NCBI RefSeq assembly: GCF_006345805.1
Contig: NC_043000.1
Location: forward strand, 49,228,001-49,292,000
Source: Octopus sinensis
Lineage: Eukaryota
Direction: 5' to 3'
Length of the DNA: 64,000 bases
This document shows, in pieces, positions 1-12,148 of the stretch (position 1 is its first letter; each line of letters starts with the position of its first letter). Under the pieces are notes generated by a model. The model was given only the letters and a program-made list of their open reading frames with translations. It had not been told where the DNA came from and made no database searches. The translations under genes were made by a program, and so were the position numbers.

Positions 1-2184
1 AAAATCTCATATGTCATTTTCCCTCTGCAATCCGACTTATATTTACTCAGCACATATTCTAGAAAACCTTAATTAAAATACAAGCGCTTTGTCCCAAAAG
101 ACATGTTTCTCAAATTAGTTGTCCAATTTGGTGATCACATTTATCTAGGTTGTCGATTCATTTGTCAAACTGTGCTTCACTCTGTTCTGTAGCAGTATGA
201 TTAAGTATATGTTATATGTAACAGATGGGTAAATACAGGTTATGTATGTGTATGAGTGTTAGAGAAAAGAGGTGCGTGTGTTCGTGTGTGAGGAACGGAA
301 AGTTGAGCGAGAGAGACAAAGAGAGAGAGAGATGATGATGAAAAAAATTACGTGGGAGTGTGAAGAAAATAGAAGTACAGTGAAAATGTATGTTGTTACC
401 TGATTGGAATGACGCCAAAACAACGAAGAAGTAAGATGGGAATATTTAAAAAGAATATCTAAGAATATTTCTAGTCGTTTCCATCTTGTGTGGAATTGTC
501 AGTTCTACAAACTAAACAGTATATTTAGTGAAGAATATATCAAGTTGACTTGTAGTAATAACAAATTGGCAACAGAACAATACAATTTAGAAAGAATATA
601 CTAACATCGTTTTACTGGCAATTAAGCTAATTAATAGTGAATCTTGAAAATAGGAAGTCTGATCGACTTAGTTCAGTCTAATTCTTAATTAATTGGTGTT
701 AATTAGTGTTTTGTATTTTTTGTTGTCTTTTCTGTCGTGTTGACCCACATTTGTAATCTGTTAATGAAATTATCAAATTGCTTCCCATTAAGCTAACCTG
801 CTGCGATAGTACGTTAAGTGCATCAAAAAACGAGCTAACGAGTGCTACTGCATGTGATCGCTAAATATGGTGGATATAATAGCTACATCTCCTTCAGATG
901 GTACCCAACTCTTTTTTCAAACATTGAAATACTCATTAGATGATGGTCCTAGAAACACATAGTGTGAAATCAAAACAAAGCTTAGATAACCACAATTGAA
1001 GAAACACCTTTCGCTTTTAAGTCTCAGCGCGTATGTGAAGTTAAACAATGGTAGTGCTCCAACATGACCCCAGCCTCATGGTTGAAACGCATAAAAGAAA
1101 TCACAACTGCTACTACTATTTCAGGCTCTTAAACGAAGAATAAATTGGTATTCTCCATAAAACCATTATTGAGTTGTGTCCAATTAGTGTTGACAAGTAA
1201 TGCTAACATTCCTTATTTGAAATGCATCTAGCATTAGAACATTTGAATGTATCGATTCTTCTTAAATGTCCATTGCTCAAGCTATTTAATATTTACTTTA
1301 GGGATGATGTATCGTCTTACTATAATGTCATTTTCTTCTTTTGAATAATGTTGTTGCATTTTCTCCACCGAAACCTATTCAATATATTTGACTTATCGTA
1401 AACTCTTATTGTCTCACCTTGCCAAATATCTCATTAAGCAATTTATTAAATGTTTGTAGTCCTCAGAAACATTGACAAGGTTTGACCATATATCTAAATA
1501 TGCATTCATTGAGTGCTTTAGATGTTTTGAAAGCAGTAGAAATAACAACAATTATAATTGTTTATGATTTTATATCAAGTTCAAGTCTGAATTTCAGTGA
1601 ATGCAAGAATAGATTTTAGTATAGATAAAGTGTTTTCCCGAATTATATATTCATTGTTGCACACCACATATTTCCGCATTTGCAGAATCTAAGGCACTGA
1701 CATTTAGACAGTTTCGAATCCCGTATGTACCTATCATGTTTTTAAGTTTCGAAAGTTCAATATATTTATTCATAATATAATCGTCATCGTACTTAACTAT
1801 TTCAAGTGCTTGAGATTGCTTTAATTTTTTTAACTTTAATTTTTAGGCAATTCCCACATCATACAACTTCCCGGATTTCAAAATTACACCCTCTAATATT
1901 GTTACATTCGATAACCTACTTTTCCACCTGTGTCTCGTTCTAGAAGTATAATACGTAGATTCAAATTAGCTTTAACTTCATCACATTAAACTAATAAGTA
2001 ATTGCCTTTTTTTGTTTTTTTCATTTGGTGATAATAGAAACAAATACTGTCAACAGCTGTTCAGAATACTTTTCTCAAAAAGATCTAACTTCAGAGTAGC
2101 TTATTTGTTTCTTAATTTACATACTTGGCATGCAGGTAGAACTAGTAATAGTCTCAAATTTTAACTCAAGCCCAGCAGTGTTAG

Positions 2185-2365
2185 AGCAAGGAAGATAGTT
2201 GATAACATCGATCCCCGTGCTCAACTGGTACTTATTTTATCGGCACCCCCGAGAAGATAGAAAGCAAAGTAAACCATGGCCGAATTTTAACTCTGAACGT
2301 AAAGAACCACAAAAAGTTGTGCTAATAATTTCTGTCCGACGCGCTAACGATTCTACCAGCTCGCC
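2185..2365 (-). mobile_element. tRNA-derived SINE, family B (GCGAGCTGG.AGAATCGTTAGC head), decayed copy
   Basis: Reverse complement reads gcgagctggtagaatcgttagcgcgtcggac...cagagttaaaattcggcc...gataaaataagtaccagttgagcacgggg. It is collinear with the copies at 18699, 31143, 37912 and 61877. Confidence 0.75.
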
Positions 2366-2448
2366 ACTATTGCCCCCGTAGTGTGAAGTTTGAAATAATT
2401 ATGCAATACAGAATACAGAATACGCATGCGCAAATTTTATACCGGTAT

Positions 2449-2637
2449 CATATATATATATATATATATATATGATATTGATATTAGAGAAACTGTATTT
2501 CAGAACAATGCTTCTTCTTCTTCTTCTTCTTCTTCTTCTTCTTCTTCTTCTTCTTCTTCTTCTTCTTCTTCTTCTTCTTCTTCTTCTTCTTCTTCTCTCT
2601 CTCTATCTCACTCTCTCTCTCTCTCTCTCTTTCTCTC

Positions 2638-2668
<31 letters not shown>

Positions 2669-2672
2669 CTCT
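2449..2672. repeat. Compound microsatellite: (TA)n, (CTT)~28, (CT)n, (ATCT)n
   Basis: Direct inspection. It explains the poly-S and poly-L ORFs at 2426 and 2472. Confidence 0.97.
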
Positions 2673-5600
2673 CATGAACCATTTCAAATACAATTATCCA
2701 CAAATACACAGACACTGACATATCAATGGGATGTCAAATCAACGTTTGGATTTTTTTTTCACTTTATACGTTTAAAAAATATGATATACCCCAGTCAGTT
2801 TGTATCTATCGAATGTATTCACTGGAATTTGAAAAGAACATTGGTAGCAACAATCAAATCACTGGAAAAGCGAAATATAAGGTATGTTTATTGTGCCATC
2901 GTCTCCAAAATATAACATATTTTTCCTAGCTGTAAATGATCGCATCGATATCATGTATACATTCAAATTGATCACGAGACTGCAGCACTTCCAATGAAAA
3001 GACTGCTTATCTCTACAATTGTGTCCTATATTTTCTAACATTGAAGTCATCTTTCTAAATAAACTTCAGTTTTCAAACAAAATTTGACTATACCGATGTT
3101 ATATCCTCTCTTTCTATTTTTCCATGTTGATTTTTATTTGATGAGGAAATATTTCAATGAATCCTCTCCTCAATTCAACTTCAAATCCGTTTTCAAACCC
3201 AAGTTCTAGGAAAATGTTCATAATATTATTGTGTTCTGCTTTGCAAGGCTTACACATTTTATCAGATATCAGAAATATATTCTAACTTAATTCCCATACA
3301 TACAAATGTCAAGTTATCAATATATCGCTTTATTTCCAATGTCTTTTACTCATCATCTGATAACTCACAATATGTTCTTACTACAGTAAGGGTTTATAAT
3401 CATTGCTTTAGAAATACTATTTCATGAGAATCCAAATGTAGCTACATTCTTGTTAGTTCAAAATTGGCATGAATTTAAGAATCCGCTCCGAGTTGTCACC
3501 TGCTCGCGCGTGTAGTAAAATTTTAATACCGTTTAGACATAGTACGCATTACACAGTTTTATTTTCCCTGTACTAAATACTTATTCAGCACTATGTATAT
3601 ACTGAATAAGTAATTAGTTTTACCATTACTCAACATGTTATCATTAGATAAGAAAGAAGACTGAGTATTTTAATTACGTCACTCATTAAACTGTGTATGC
3701 CTTAAAACTTATGGAATGCTCAGAGCATGTGTTGTGCAAACAGACTTAATCGAGCTAGTTCCTTGTAAAAGGATAGACAATCTTAAATTGGTTTCAGAAT
3801 TTTTTCTAGAGAAGCAGCAGAGATAAAATATTTTGAACCTTCGTTTTCTCTTTCAGATTGTAATAAAACATAACATGGTTTCATTGAATTATAACCACAA
3901 TTATAAAAATGTCTGATTTATAAAATATTCATGTTACTTCAAAATCTCTGCTCGATATCTTAACTCGATTTTGAAATGGAACTATGCAATAAGATAAGAA
4001 GTAAATTGAAACATTTGAACAAAAATAGAATTAAAGAACAACCTAGGTATTTAATTATAATAAAACAGACAACTTCATTCTCACAACTACTACTATTAAT
4101 AATTATATGTTTGGTCACAGCTACAGAAATACATTTACTGTCATTAATAGAATTATAACGAAAATGTATATGAGATTTTGACGTATCGGATTCTCATTTT
4201 CATTAATTTTACACTTCAATAACTTTATTTCTGCCATAGAAATAATTATATTTCTGCCATGTCTTTTCATGTGGAAAGTGTGTTCAAGTAATAATACACA
4301 ACATGTCTTTGTACAAAGAACTTCTGATAGAATATATTTAACGGCTAAGAATAGTAGATCTGCTGCAGGAAGTAATACTATCTACCACAGACTACATGAT
4401 GCTGTAATTAGGTAGACCTCTATCAACACCAGCGTGATTCCTGCCTGAGCAACAGTGCTTTCACTTGGAAATAATTCACACTTTTCAATGAATGCTCCGT
4501 TTGACCTTAAATGACAGCTGAAAATCTTTTAGACATCGCCACGTCTACACCTGAAGCATAAAATACATATTTGCTAAACTATCATCCAGAATTGTCATGT
4601 TTCATGATTTGATATCATTCTCCTAAAATGAAAATAAAATGTTTACATGCAAGTTATATACAGACGTAATGATGGCTTATTATACAAGAACATAAATCAT
4701 TAGATATGTATAGTAAATTACATTTTAAAAAATTCTACACATACATCATTCCAATGAGTAGTAATGATATAATCAATGTAGTTCAGTAACGTGTGTGAAA
4801 TACTTTACATAAATCTCCAACTATTCTATGTAAACAATATTAGTGTTTGTCGTTAGTTTCATCTCCAAACTGATATAATTACAGTACCAGCAAAGATTAA
4901 TCTTTTCGTGAATTCTAATTCACTTTTATGCGAGTCGAGTTTAGTAACTATAATGATATTTCATATTAGTAAAAAGTATGAATGAGTGCAACATTAAATA
5001 TTTATACATCACTAAAATTGTATGTTAGGTATTGCCCTCAGATGACGCAACTGCTAATCAAGATTATTCTAGCAAATATCAATTTATGAAGCATCTAGTT
5101 CGTTTAATATAGTAAATGTGGGCGGTTGAATCTTATAGATTGTATGCTTCATTTACTAATCTTTTTTTAGTCAGATCAATATTCTAAATAAAATGTTCTA
5201 CGCAATTATTTCAAACCAACAAAACAGAGCCTCTATATGGCCACGCGACCTGCCAGAAATAGCAGCGAAATGCCTCCCAAAATTATATTATAGCGTCTTA
5301 AGGAAGGAGAGACATGTTAGATATTGTAATTCTAGATTAAATATGGTTGAAAAATACAGGGTAACTTTGCGGAAAGTGTGTTACCTTGGTGTTAGGTGTG
5401 AAAAAATCTAACGTTTACGATACTTATCCTTCTTGAAATAAGAAAAAGAAATCGTTCCTACTGCCAGCAGGGTTTTTCTTTAAATTCTGAATCTTACCTC
5501 ATTTTATTATTCGTTTCACAATTGAATTGTAGCTGTAATCTAAATAGACCTTCCTAAGAAAATACAAACAAGACTCTACGAAATACAATACATTCGGAAT

Positions 5601-7682
5601 TTGATTTGTTTCTTTTGGAAGAAAATTTATAATTTATAATTAACATTATATAGAAGTATTATTAACAATTGTATTACACTATGAAGTAATTGTAATCGGC
5701 ACTATATAAATCCACCATAATATTCCACCATAATTGTTAATTGTTCAAATAATATGTAGACAAGGTATTGATTGTGAATTTACAGCAGTTAGAAACATTT
5801 TCACAATCAAATTTGGTCGAAATGTAATATAGTCGGTAACTCAAACTAATTGCTTTCGCACTGAATCAAATTCTGCAATGGTTATCCGAGCAAATTGCTT
5901 GTATGATTTGCTGATGATTAGAAAACAAGAATCCTGAAATAAAATAACATATTACAATTAGGTTTCGGTATTTGAAGAGAATTTATAAGTCATTTAACTT
6001 TGTATAATAAATATTTACAAATGTCATTATTTTTGTGAAATTGCTTTTATTTAAATGGATAAAAAATATTCTAAGAACGCAAGCCTAATGTCATATAAAT
6101 TTGGAAATCAGTGCATCGTAGTAGTCAATCGTAAAATATCCTTCTAAAGGGTTACATAATGGAGCGTAAACTACTTCGACCGCTCAGTTTGTATTTGTCT
6201 TATTTTTCTGACTACTACATACTTTTTATATTACTTTAACTCTTGTTACCCGATCTCCACAATAAATTTACCTAAGCATACACATACGTACGTTCTTTCT
6301 CGTATATATGCAAATATTATTACTAACTCAACTTAACATACAATTTCAGTATGCATATATAAAATCATCAAGAATATTTTGTATGATCTATTTTAAAACG
6401 AGATAGTTGAAGTTATATAATACATTTTATATGCAATAAAAATGTACAGACGTAAAGTAATTATAGCTGCCATTTCATTTCAAGGAAACTCCAATTTTTC
6501 CGTTTCTTCATCATTTCCTCAAAACGTAATAAAATATTGTTTTCGTGGTAAATTTGGTTTGCCTTTCGAAGACTTATAGTCGATGTCTAATTCATCCATA
6601 ACGCAAAGCTTCAATTTTCATTTGATTCAATGACGCTATAACTTTAAAAGGCGTGACTAGGACATTCGTTTAATCTAAATGTATATTTTGTGTGTATGTG
6701 TGTGCATTATGAAAATTAATATATTAATTTATACGAGAAAATTATTTCAAATTTATTTTATTAGTAATATATCAATTGTGGAAGAGAACTGTATAAGAAC
6801 CTACTGTCAAAATATTACTTTGGGGAATGTATAGAATATTAAAATTTATCATAAAATCTATTTTCAGAAAAGTAATTCTATGCTTCAAACAAAATTTAAT
6901 AGTTGTTTCTCACCTTCTAAAACATATGCATTCTTACTTTATATACGCAGTTAGCGTGGAATGTTCACGGTTATTTTCAAATTTATAAGATTGTTTTAAA
7001 ATTTGTAGAGAACCATGAAGTACATAAATTCTTTTGAAATTGTATTTTATATAATATAAATGCTGTATCCATAATGGATTATGTCATCTATTTCATTACA
7101 TTATTGTAGTGTTTCATACGTAAATGGTAGCAGAATAATATTATGCATAATGAAAATATAGTAGTCACGTTTTGAAAGATGAAATTTACAAAGAAACTGC
7201 CTAGCAGACAACAATTATTTCCACTAGAACGCATGTATTAAATTTTCTAGGATATTTTGAATTAAACTGTTCACGAATATGAGCGCCACCTATATCAGTT
7301 AATATCCTTACCAAAATCAACATTAAAGCAAACTACTATTGCGTATATACATACATGTATATGCTCATGCTCGCGCTCATCTGAGTGGCTTTTTCTCCCC
7401 ACTCTCACTATCACCTCGTAATTCCACAAAACATCTCTCTACTCTCTCCCTCTACTTTCTTTCTCTTTTTACTCTCTCCTTTTTCCTACTTCCCCGTGCA
7501 GTGCGACTTAGATCCATGCGATACACAGCTTAACACTCTCACTTCTTCACTCTTTTTCTTCTTCTCTGCCCCACACTTCCTATCCGTCACTCTCACTCTT
7601 TCATTCTTCACTCTCACTCATTCTTAAACACTTCACTACTACATATTCTTCTATTGACACGTTTTATGTATTTGTATGAATA

Positions 7683-7685
<3 letters not shown>

Positions 7686-7765
<80 letters not shown>

Positions 7766-7790
7766 GTGCGTGCGTGTGTGTGTGTGTGTG
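7686..7790. repeat. (TG)n microsatellite
   Basis: Direct inspection. Confidence 0.97.
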
Positions 7791-7950
7791 AATAAAAGGA
7801 ATTTTTATTCATGCCGTTTAGAATTAACGCATCATTGACTCAAATAAAACTTGACACGCTTATGAATGAATTATAAATGAACCCTGTCTTCGGAAATCGA
7901 AGCAAACTTACTACAGATACGATATTTAAATATGCTACTTTAATATAAAA

Positions 7951-7952
<2 letters not shown>

Positions 7953-8004
<52 letters not shown>

Positions 8005-8015
8005 GTAATAATAAT
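7953..8015. repeat. (AAT)n microsatellite
   Basis: Direct inspection. Confidence 0.97.
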
Positions 8016-8471
8016 GAAACGGTAAAATGTAGTTCCCTAAAAATGAAATCGCGGGTTTAACTTAGTCTGGTTTCCATACTGTGCCGAAGGTTGGGCGAGC
8101 GTCTTCTATCGTAGCTTTAGATTAACTAAACCTTTTGTAAGCTAAATTTGATAACCAGAAACGGCATTTCAGTCCGTTTGAGAAAACGTTTCTTTTTTAA
8201 ATGAAAGACTTAATTCAGAGAATTGCTAAAATATCACCTTGGCCTTGTATGAAGAGACAATCATTTGTTGCAAGAATCTGGTTACGGCTTCGGTCCTAGA
8301 ACATAGGTTACACACTGGTTTGTGTGCATGCAAGAGTAAGAATGTGCTTATGTCATGTATATCCATCTTCTTCTGGTAAAGCTATGAAATAAGTTTAATA
8401 CATGCTTCATACAGAATACTTCTTGGAAGTTATTTATGTAAGTAGATCAAATGAAACTTTATGAAGACTTT

Positions 8472-9010
8472 TCTTTTCATCTTTTACTGGTTTCAATCAT
8501 TAGACTGCGACCATGTTGGAGTTCAGTGTAACAGAATTCTTTAGTCGAACGAATTCACCTTCGTACTTATTTTTTTAAGCGTGGTACTTATTCTGTCATA
8601 CTCATTTTTGCATAACCGTTAAGTACGGAGAGGTAAACACACCAACACCGGTTGCCAAGTGGTTGCTGTTGTTGTTGTTATTAAGCAACAAGACGGGTAA
8701 GGGTGATTAGGTGATGGTCTAGGGCTTAGGAGCGGGAGACCCCAGACCTTGAAAAAAACTTTGGTCGTCTTGTCGTTGACGCCCGACACCACTGGAAGGT
8801 GGCCCTCGAAGTCGCTGGAAATAGAGATCTCCAAGTTCAAATTCTTGGACGGCGTTGCCAAGTGGTGAGACAAGCGGTAGTAGGGACTTTCCACACACAC
8901 ATACTTCATTACACACACGTTATATACGATGGGTTTCTTTCTGACTACCAACAGTAGAAGTCACTTGCCCAAGGTGCCACACCTAGAAGCTTCTTACCAC
9001 ACCACCACTC
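8472..9010 (-). mobile_element. SINE family A (bipartite, central microsatellite), degraded and interrupted by a foreign insert at ~8666-8890
   Basis: The 3' half (tcattagactgcgaccatgttggag...aaacacaccaacaccggttgcc) lies at 8472-8665. The 5' half (tatatacgatgggtttcttt...cacttgcccaaggtgccac...ttaccacaccaccactc) lies at 8890-9010. Both match the full copies at 21502 and 43565. Confidence 0.7.
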
Positions 9011-9022
9011 GTTGTATAGTGG

Positions 9023-9515
9023 TTAGGTTCTTACACGCTTTACATCCTCTACAGAGAATGGTAAACTCTTAACTTTAATATAATGAAACAACCGTGTGAT
9101 CCCAGGATGATGCAGCGCAGCATGAACACGGTACAGTTCATTATCAGTCGTGGCTGCGCAATAGGTATGTGATAAAGCATCAGATGCTACATTAAACTTG
9201 TCTTGGCGGTAAATAATATCAAATTTATACTGGGTTAGTTCTATTCGCCAACGCATTATCTTTTCGTTTTTAGGTTTACTGCGCTTTTGACAATTAAACA
9301 GAAAAGCCACACTGTTTTGATGAGTTATCAGTGTGAAGTTACGTCCAAGAAGAAAATGAAACCATTTTCTCACAGATTCCACAATCGCTGTCGCCTCTTT
9401 TTTAATACAAGAATAACGACGCTCACTTGGGTTGAGGGTTCTTGAAAAATGTGCAACTAGCTTTCAATTTTGGTATAAAATGCCAGATATAGCTACCTCC
9501 GATGCGTCTGTTTCT
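9023..9515 (-). pseudogene. Gypsy RNase H and the start of the integrase N-terminal region, disrupted
   Basis: My translation gives ETDASEVAISGILYQN*KLVAHFSRTLNPSERRYSCIKKEATAIVESVRKW. It continues into the ORF-track peptide HFLLGRNFTLITHQ...IMRWRIELTQYKFDIIYR..NVASDALS and HAALHHPGITRL. Confidence 0.9.
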
Positions 9516-10340
9516 ATGTAGCATTAGCTAAATAATCTCTTAAGGTTTTTAAACTTGACGAGGCTTGTTCACTCAAAAGAAAATATTTAGTATCAACCAA
9601 CGGTTTTATCTTGACAGAGAATTTTAGAATCCATTTGAAATAATACGCAAATAGACCAACAATTCGACTCAATGCTTTGTGGGTACTAGGAATAGGTAGT
9701 TCTAGTAAGGGCTTTTTCCGGTTAGGGTCAGGTTTCAAGTTACCATTTTGAATTTCATAGCCAAGCAATCGAATCAGTGTAGTGCTGTAAATGCATTTTG
9801 CATCATTAAAAGTTAAAATTACAGTCTTTAGCAACTTGAAGAAAATGTTTTAAATTTTGATCATGTTCTTTCTTCGATTTACCACGCACATTGTTATGCT
9901 GTCGATATATGCAAAAATAGCTCTACAATTATGATTCTTGATTATATTATCGATCACTCTCTGGAAACAGGGCACTGCGTTTGTAAGTCCGAAAGCGATA
10001 CGTTTGCTTTGATACAATTTTCCCTGTGCTTCGAAAGCCGGGTAAGGTCGATCTTCAACTGGAATCTCAACTTGATGATACGCACTTTTGAGATCCAGTG
10101 TGCTAAAATAATTAAATTGAGCTATTTTTGTGACCATGTCATGCATATTTGGCAGTGAATATCCATCTAATTGTGTAAACTTATTTATAATCTCGCTATA
10201 ACCAATACACAGGCTCTTGCGATGATTTTCTCCTGATATTACCAATACCTGGTCTCGCCAGGGAGAAACACTAGGTTCAATTACCCCTTCTGCCAGATCT
10301 CGGCTTATATTACCAGCAATAAATTTTTCATTATTGGCGG
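9514..10340 (-). pseudogene. Gypsy reverse transcriptase, frameshifted
   Basis: Motifs IEPSVSPW, FSTLDLKSAYHQV, FGLTNAVPCFQRVID, AYIDSITMC (9898-9909 = YIDS) and TTLIRLLGYEI are present. Confidence 0.92.
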
Positions 10341-10479
10341 ACTGTCTTCTCGATTTCGTAACTATGGTTTTACAGTTAAAGTTTAAATTTTCAAACAACC
10401 TCGGTGTAATGTCACTTTTAATGCAACTTAGAGCTCCCAAATGTAACAGTGGATTGTCACCGTCAAAGGTAATTTGTAC

Positions 10480-10790
10480 ATGTTGATGGTGTTTTAAGAA
10501 ATTTTGTCCTAACATTATATATACAAACAAATTATCAAGTACTACCAGCTTTACTTGCACGTAAATTCTTCTTTGAAGTTCAATTGAACCCATACAATAA
10601 CCGTCGATTTGGGAACGACTTCCATTGACAGCCATGTTAATTTCATTCCTTTCGGACTTCACCAGCATTTTTTTTTTGCAATGTCTTTGCTAATATAGTA
10701 GAGCCGGTATCAATCAAAGCAAATGCTTTCATGCCATCGACTAATTTTATAATTAACTTTAGTAGCAGCTCAACCTTGACATAAAACTAC
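10480..10790 (-). pseudogene. Retroviral-type aspartic protease remnant
   Basis: Reverse complement of 10697-10720 encodes ALIDTGST. IMLGQNFLK follows downstream in ORF 9850-10668. The two parts are separated by a frameshift in a poly-A run near 10670. Confidence 0.8.
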
Positions 10791-10819
10791 GGTCAAGTTG
10801 CCATCATCAAGAACTGCTG

Positions 10820-11440
10820 ATGTCTTATCAAAATTTTTGCGGTTACCTGACCGGCATTCCTTAGTAAAATTACCAAAATATCCACATTTATAACACTTTC
10901 TCCGCCTAGCGGAACACTTAAACCTCGGATGAAAATCATTAGATCCGCAAAAGGTGCAGGATTTTTGAATTCGTTTTCTCGCTACACTTCGGAATTCCTT
11001 TGAGCAACTTCCAGCGTGCGAGCTTGGTTAAATATTGCTTCTAAAGTTATCGCCGCATCTTGAGCATTTTCTAAAAGTCTAAGGTGTGTTGAAGATGATG
11101 TTAATCCCGAGATAAATGCGGGACGAACAGTTTCATTTTTGTGAGTCTCAACGTCCACTGCTCTGTACCCGCAATCTTTAGCTAGTTGTTTCAATTCCTG
11201 TATATAGTCGTCAACTAATTGACCTAGTTCTTGTTTGCATGTCATCAAAAGGTGTCTCACAAAAATAATGTTCAAAGGTTTCACGTACAGTCTCTCCAGA
11301 GTTTGAATTGCTTCTGCGTAATTCTCACATTCACTTATGAGTTCGTAAACGTCTTTATCTATGTGCGCTATTAAACACATAAGCTTGCTTTCATCAGCTA
11401 TATGCAGTTCAGCGGGAAATGATTCTAAAAAATTGATAAA
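10820..11440 (-). pseudogene. Gypsy gag remnant with two CCHC zinc knuckles
   Basis: Peptide FINFLESF...AIQTLERLYVKPLNIIFVRHLLMTCKQE...DDYIQELKQLAKDC...AFISGLTSS. After the stop, my translation gives CTFCGSNDFHPRFKC and CYKCGYFGNFTKEC. Confidence 0.85.
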
Positions 11441-11488
11441 AGTTCTGTGTATGTGTGAATATGTATATAGATACAGATGGATATATTT

Positions 11489-11590
11489 CTGCGACGGACC
11501 GGCGTCCCGTCCAGGTGGGGAACCTATACACCAAGAGACCGGGAAACCGGCCCTTATGAGCCAGGCATGGCTCGAGAAGGAACAAACAAT
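11489..11590 (+). mobile_element. Isolated SINE 3' module (tail Y)
   Basis: ctgcgacggaccggcgtcccgtccagg...gaccgggaaaccggccc...gccaggcatggctcgagaagg matches the 3' module of the SINE at 33601-33911. Confidence 0.65.
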
Positions 11591-12101
11591 GGATATATTT
11601 GCGTCTGTGTATCCATAGATATTTACATGTGAGTGGCAAGTGGTATGTATTACAACAACAAAGTCAAACAAGGATATTTAGAAATACTTGATATATTTGA
11701 ATTATCCCCGCCCCTAGAGAAGTTTAAAAAATCGCCTAGTGACAACTGGGATCAACATCATATAAGAAGGAGAGGTAATCTCAATAATGAAGAATGCATT
11801 AAACTTGACGCGCCATTAAAAAAAGAAGCCTGTCTAAAGACTACAGGATAACTGTGCGGTTATCTTTCTGTCTCAGTATCCGTCATCAGCTCAGTGTTTC
11901 ATTATTTTATCTCCAGGAGAACGATACTTTTAGAAAAACTACAGAAAATTTATAGAATACATTTAGGGCGTAGATAATTTGTACAAAGGAACGAAAATGA
12001 GCCTTAAGCGGTCTGTAACATTTCCAATAATAAAGACCTTAAAACGAATATTAAATGTCACACCAGATTCTTTCATATGTGTATATGTGTGTATGTGCAT
12101 C

Positions 12102-12148
<47 letters not shown>

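Larger units (their letters stand above)
9020..11440 (-). mobile_element. Ty3/Gypsy LTR-retrotransposon internal fragment (gag-PR-RT-RNaseH, start of integrase zinc region); no LTRs or integrase core seen
   Basis: Domain order gag, CCHC knuckles, ALIDTGST, RT, RNaseH is Gypsy-type. It has multiple stops and frameshifts. Confidence 0.93.

Noticed and set aside
4330-4570. Minus-strand exon after the strong acceptor ttttatgcttcag
   Set aside because: All three frames hit stops within about 45 nt, and no convincing donor follows. A non-coding exon cannot be excluded but is unsupported.
10982-11671. 229-aa ORF as an intact gene
   Set aside because: It is chimeric. Its N-terminal ~80 aa come from an antisense SINE tail and low-complexity DNA. 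Only the rest is gag, and that ends at a premature stop.
11633-11851. 72-aa plus-strand ORF, and possible 5' LTR of the Gypsy element
   Set aside because: There is no recognisable motif or splice support, no PBS or TG..CA boundaries, and no second copy.
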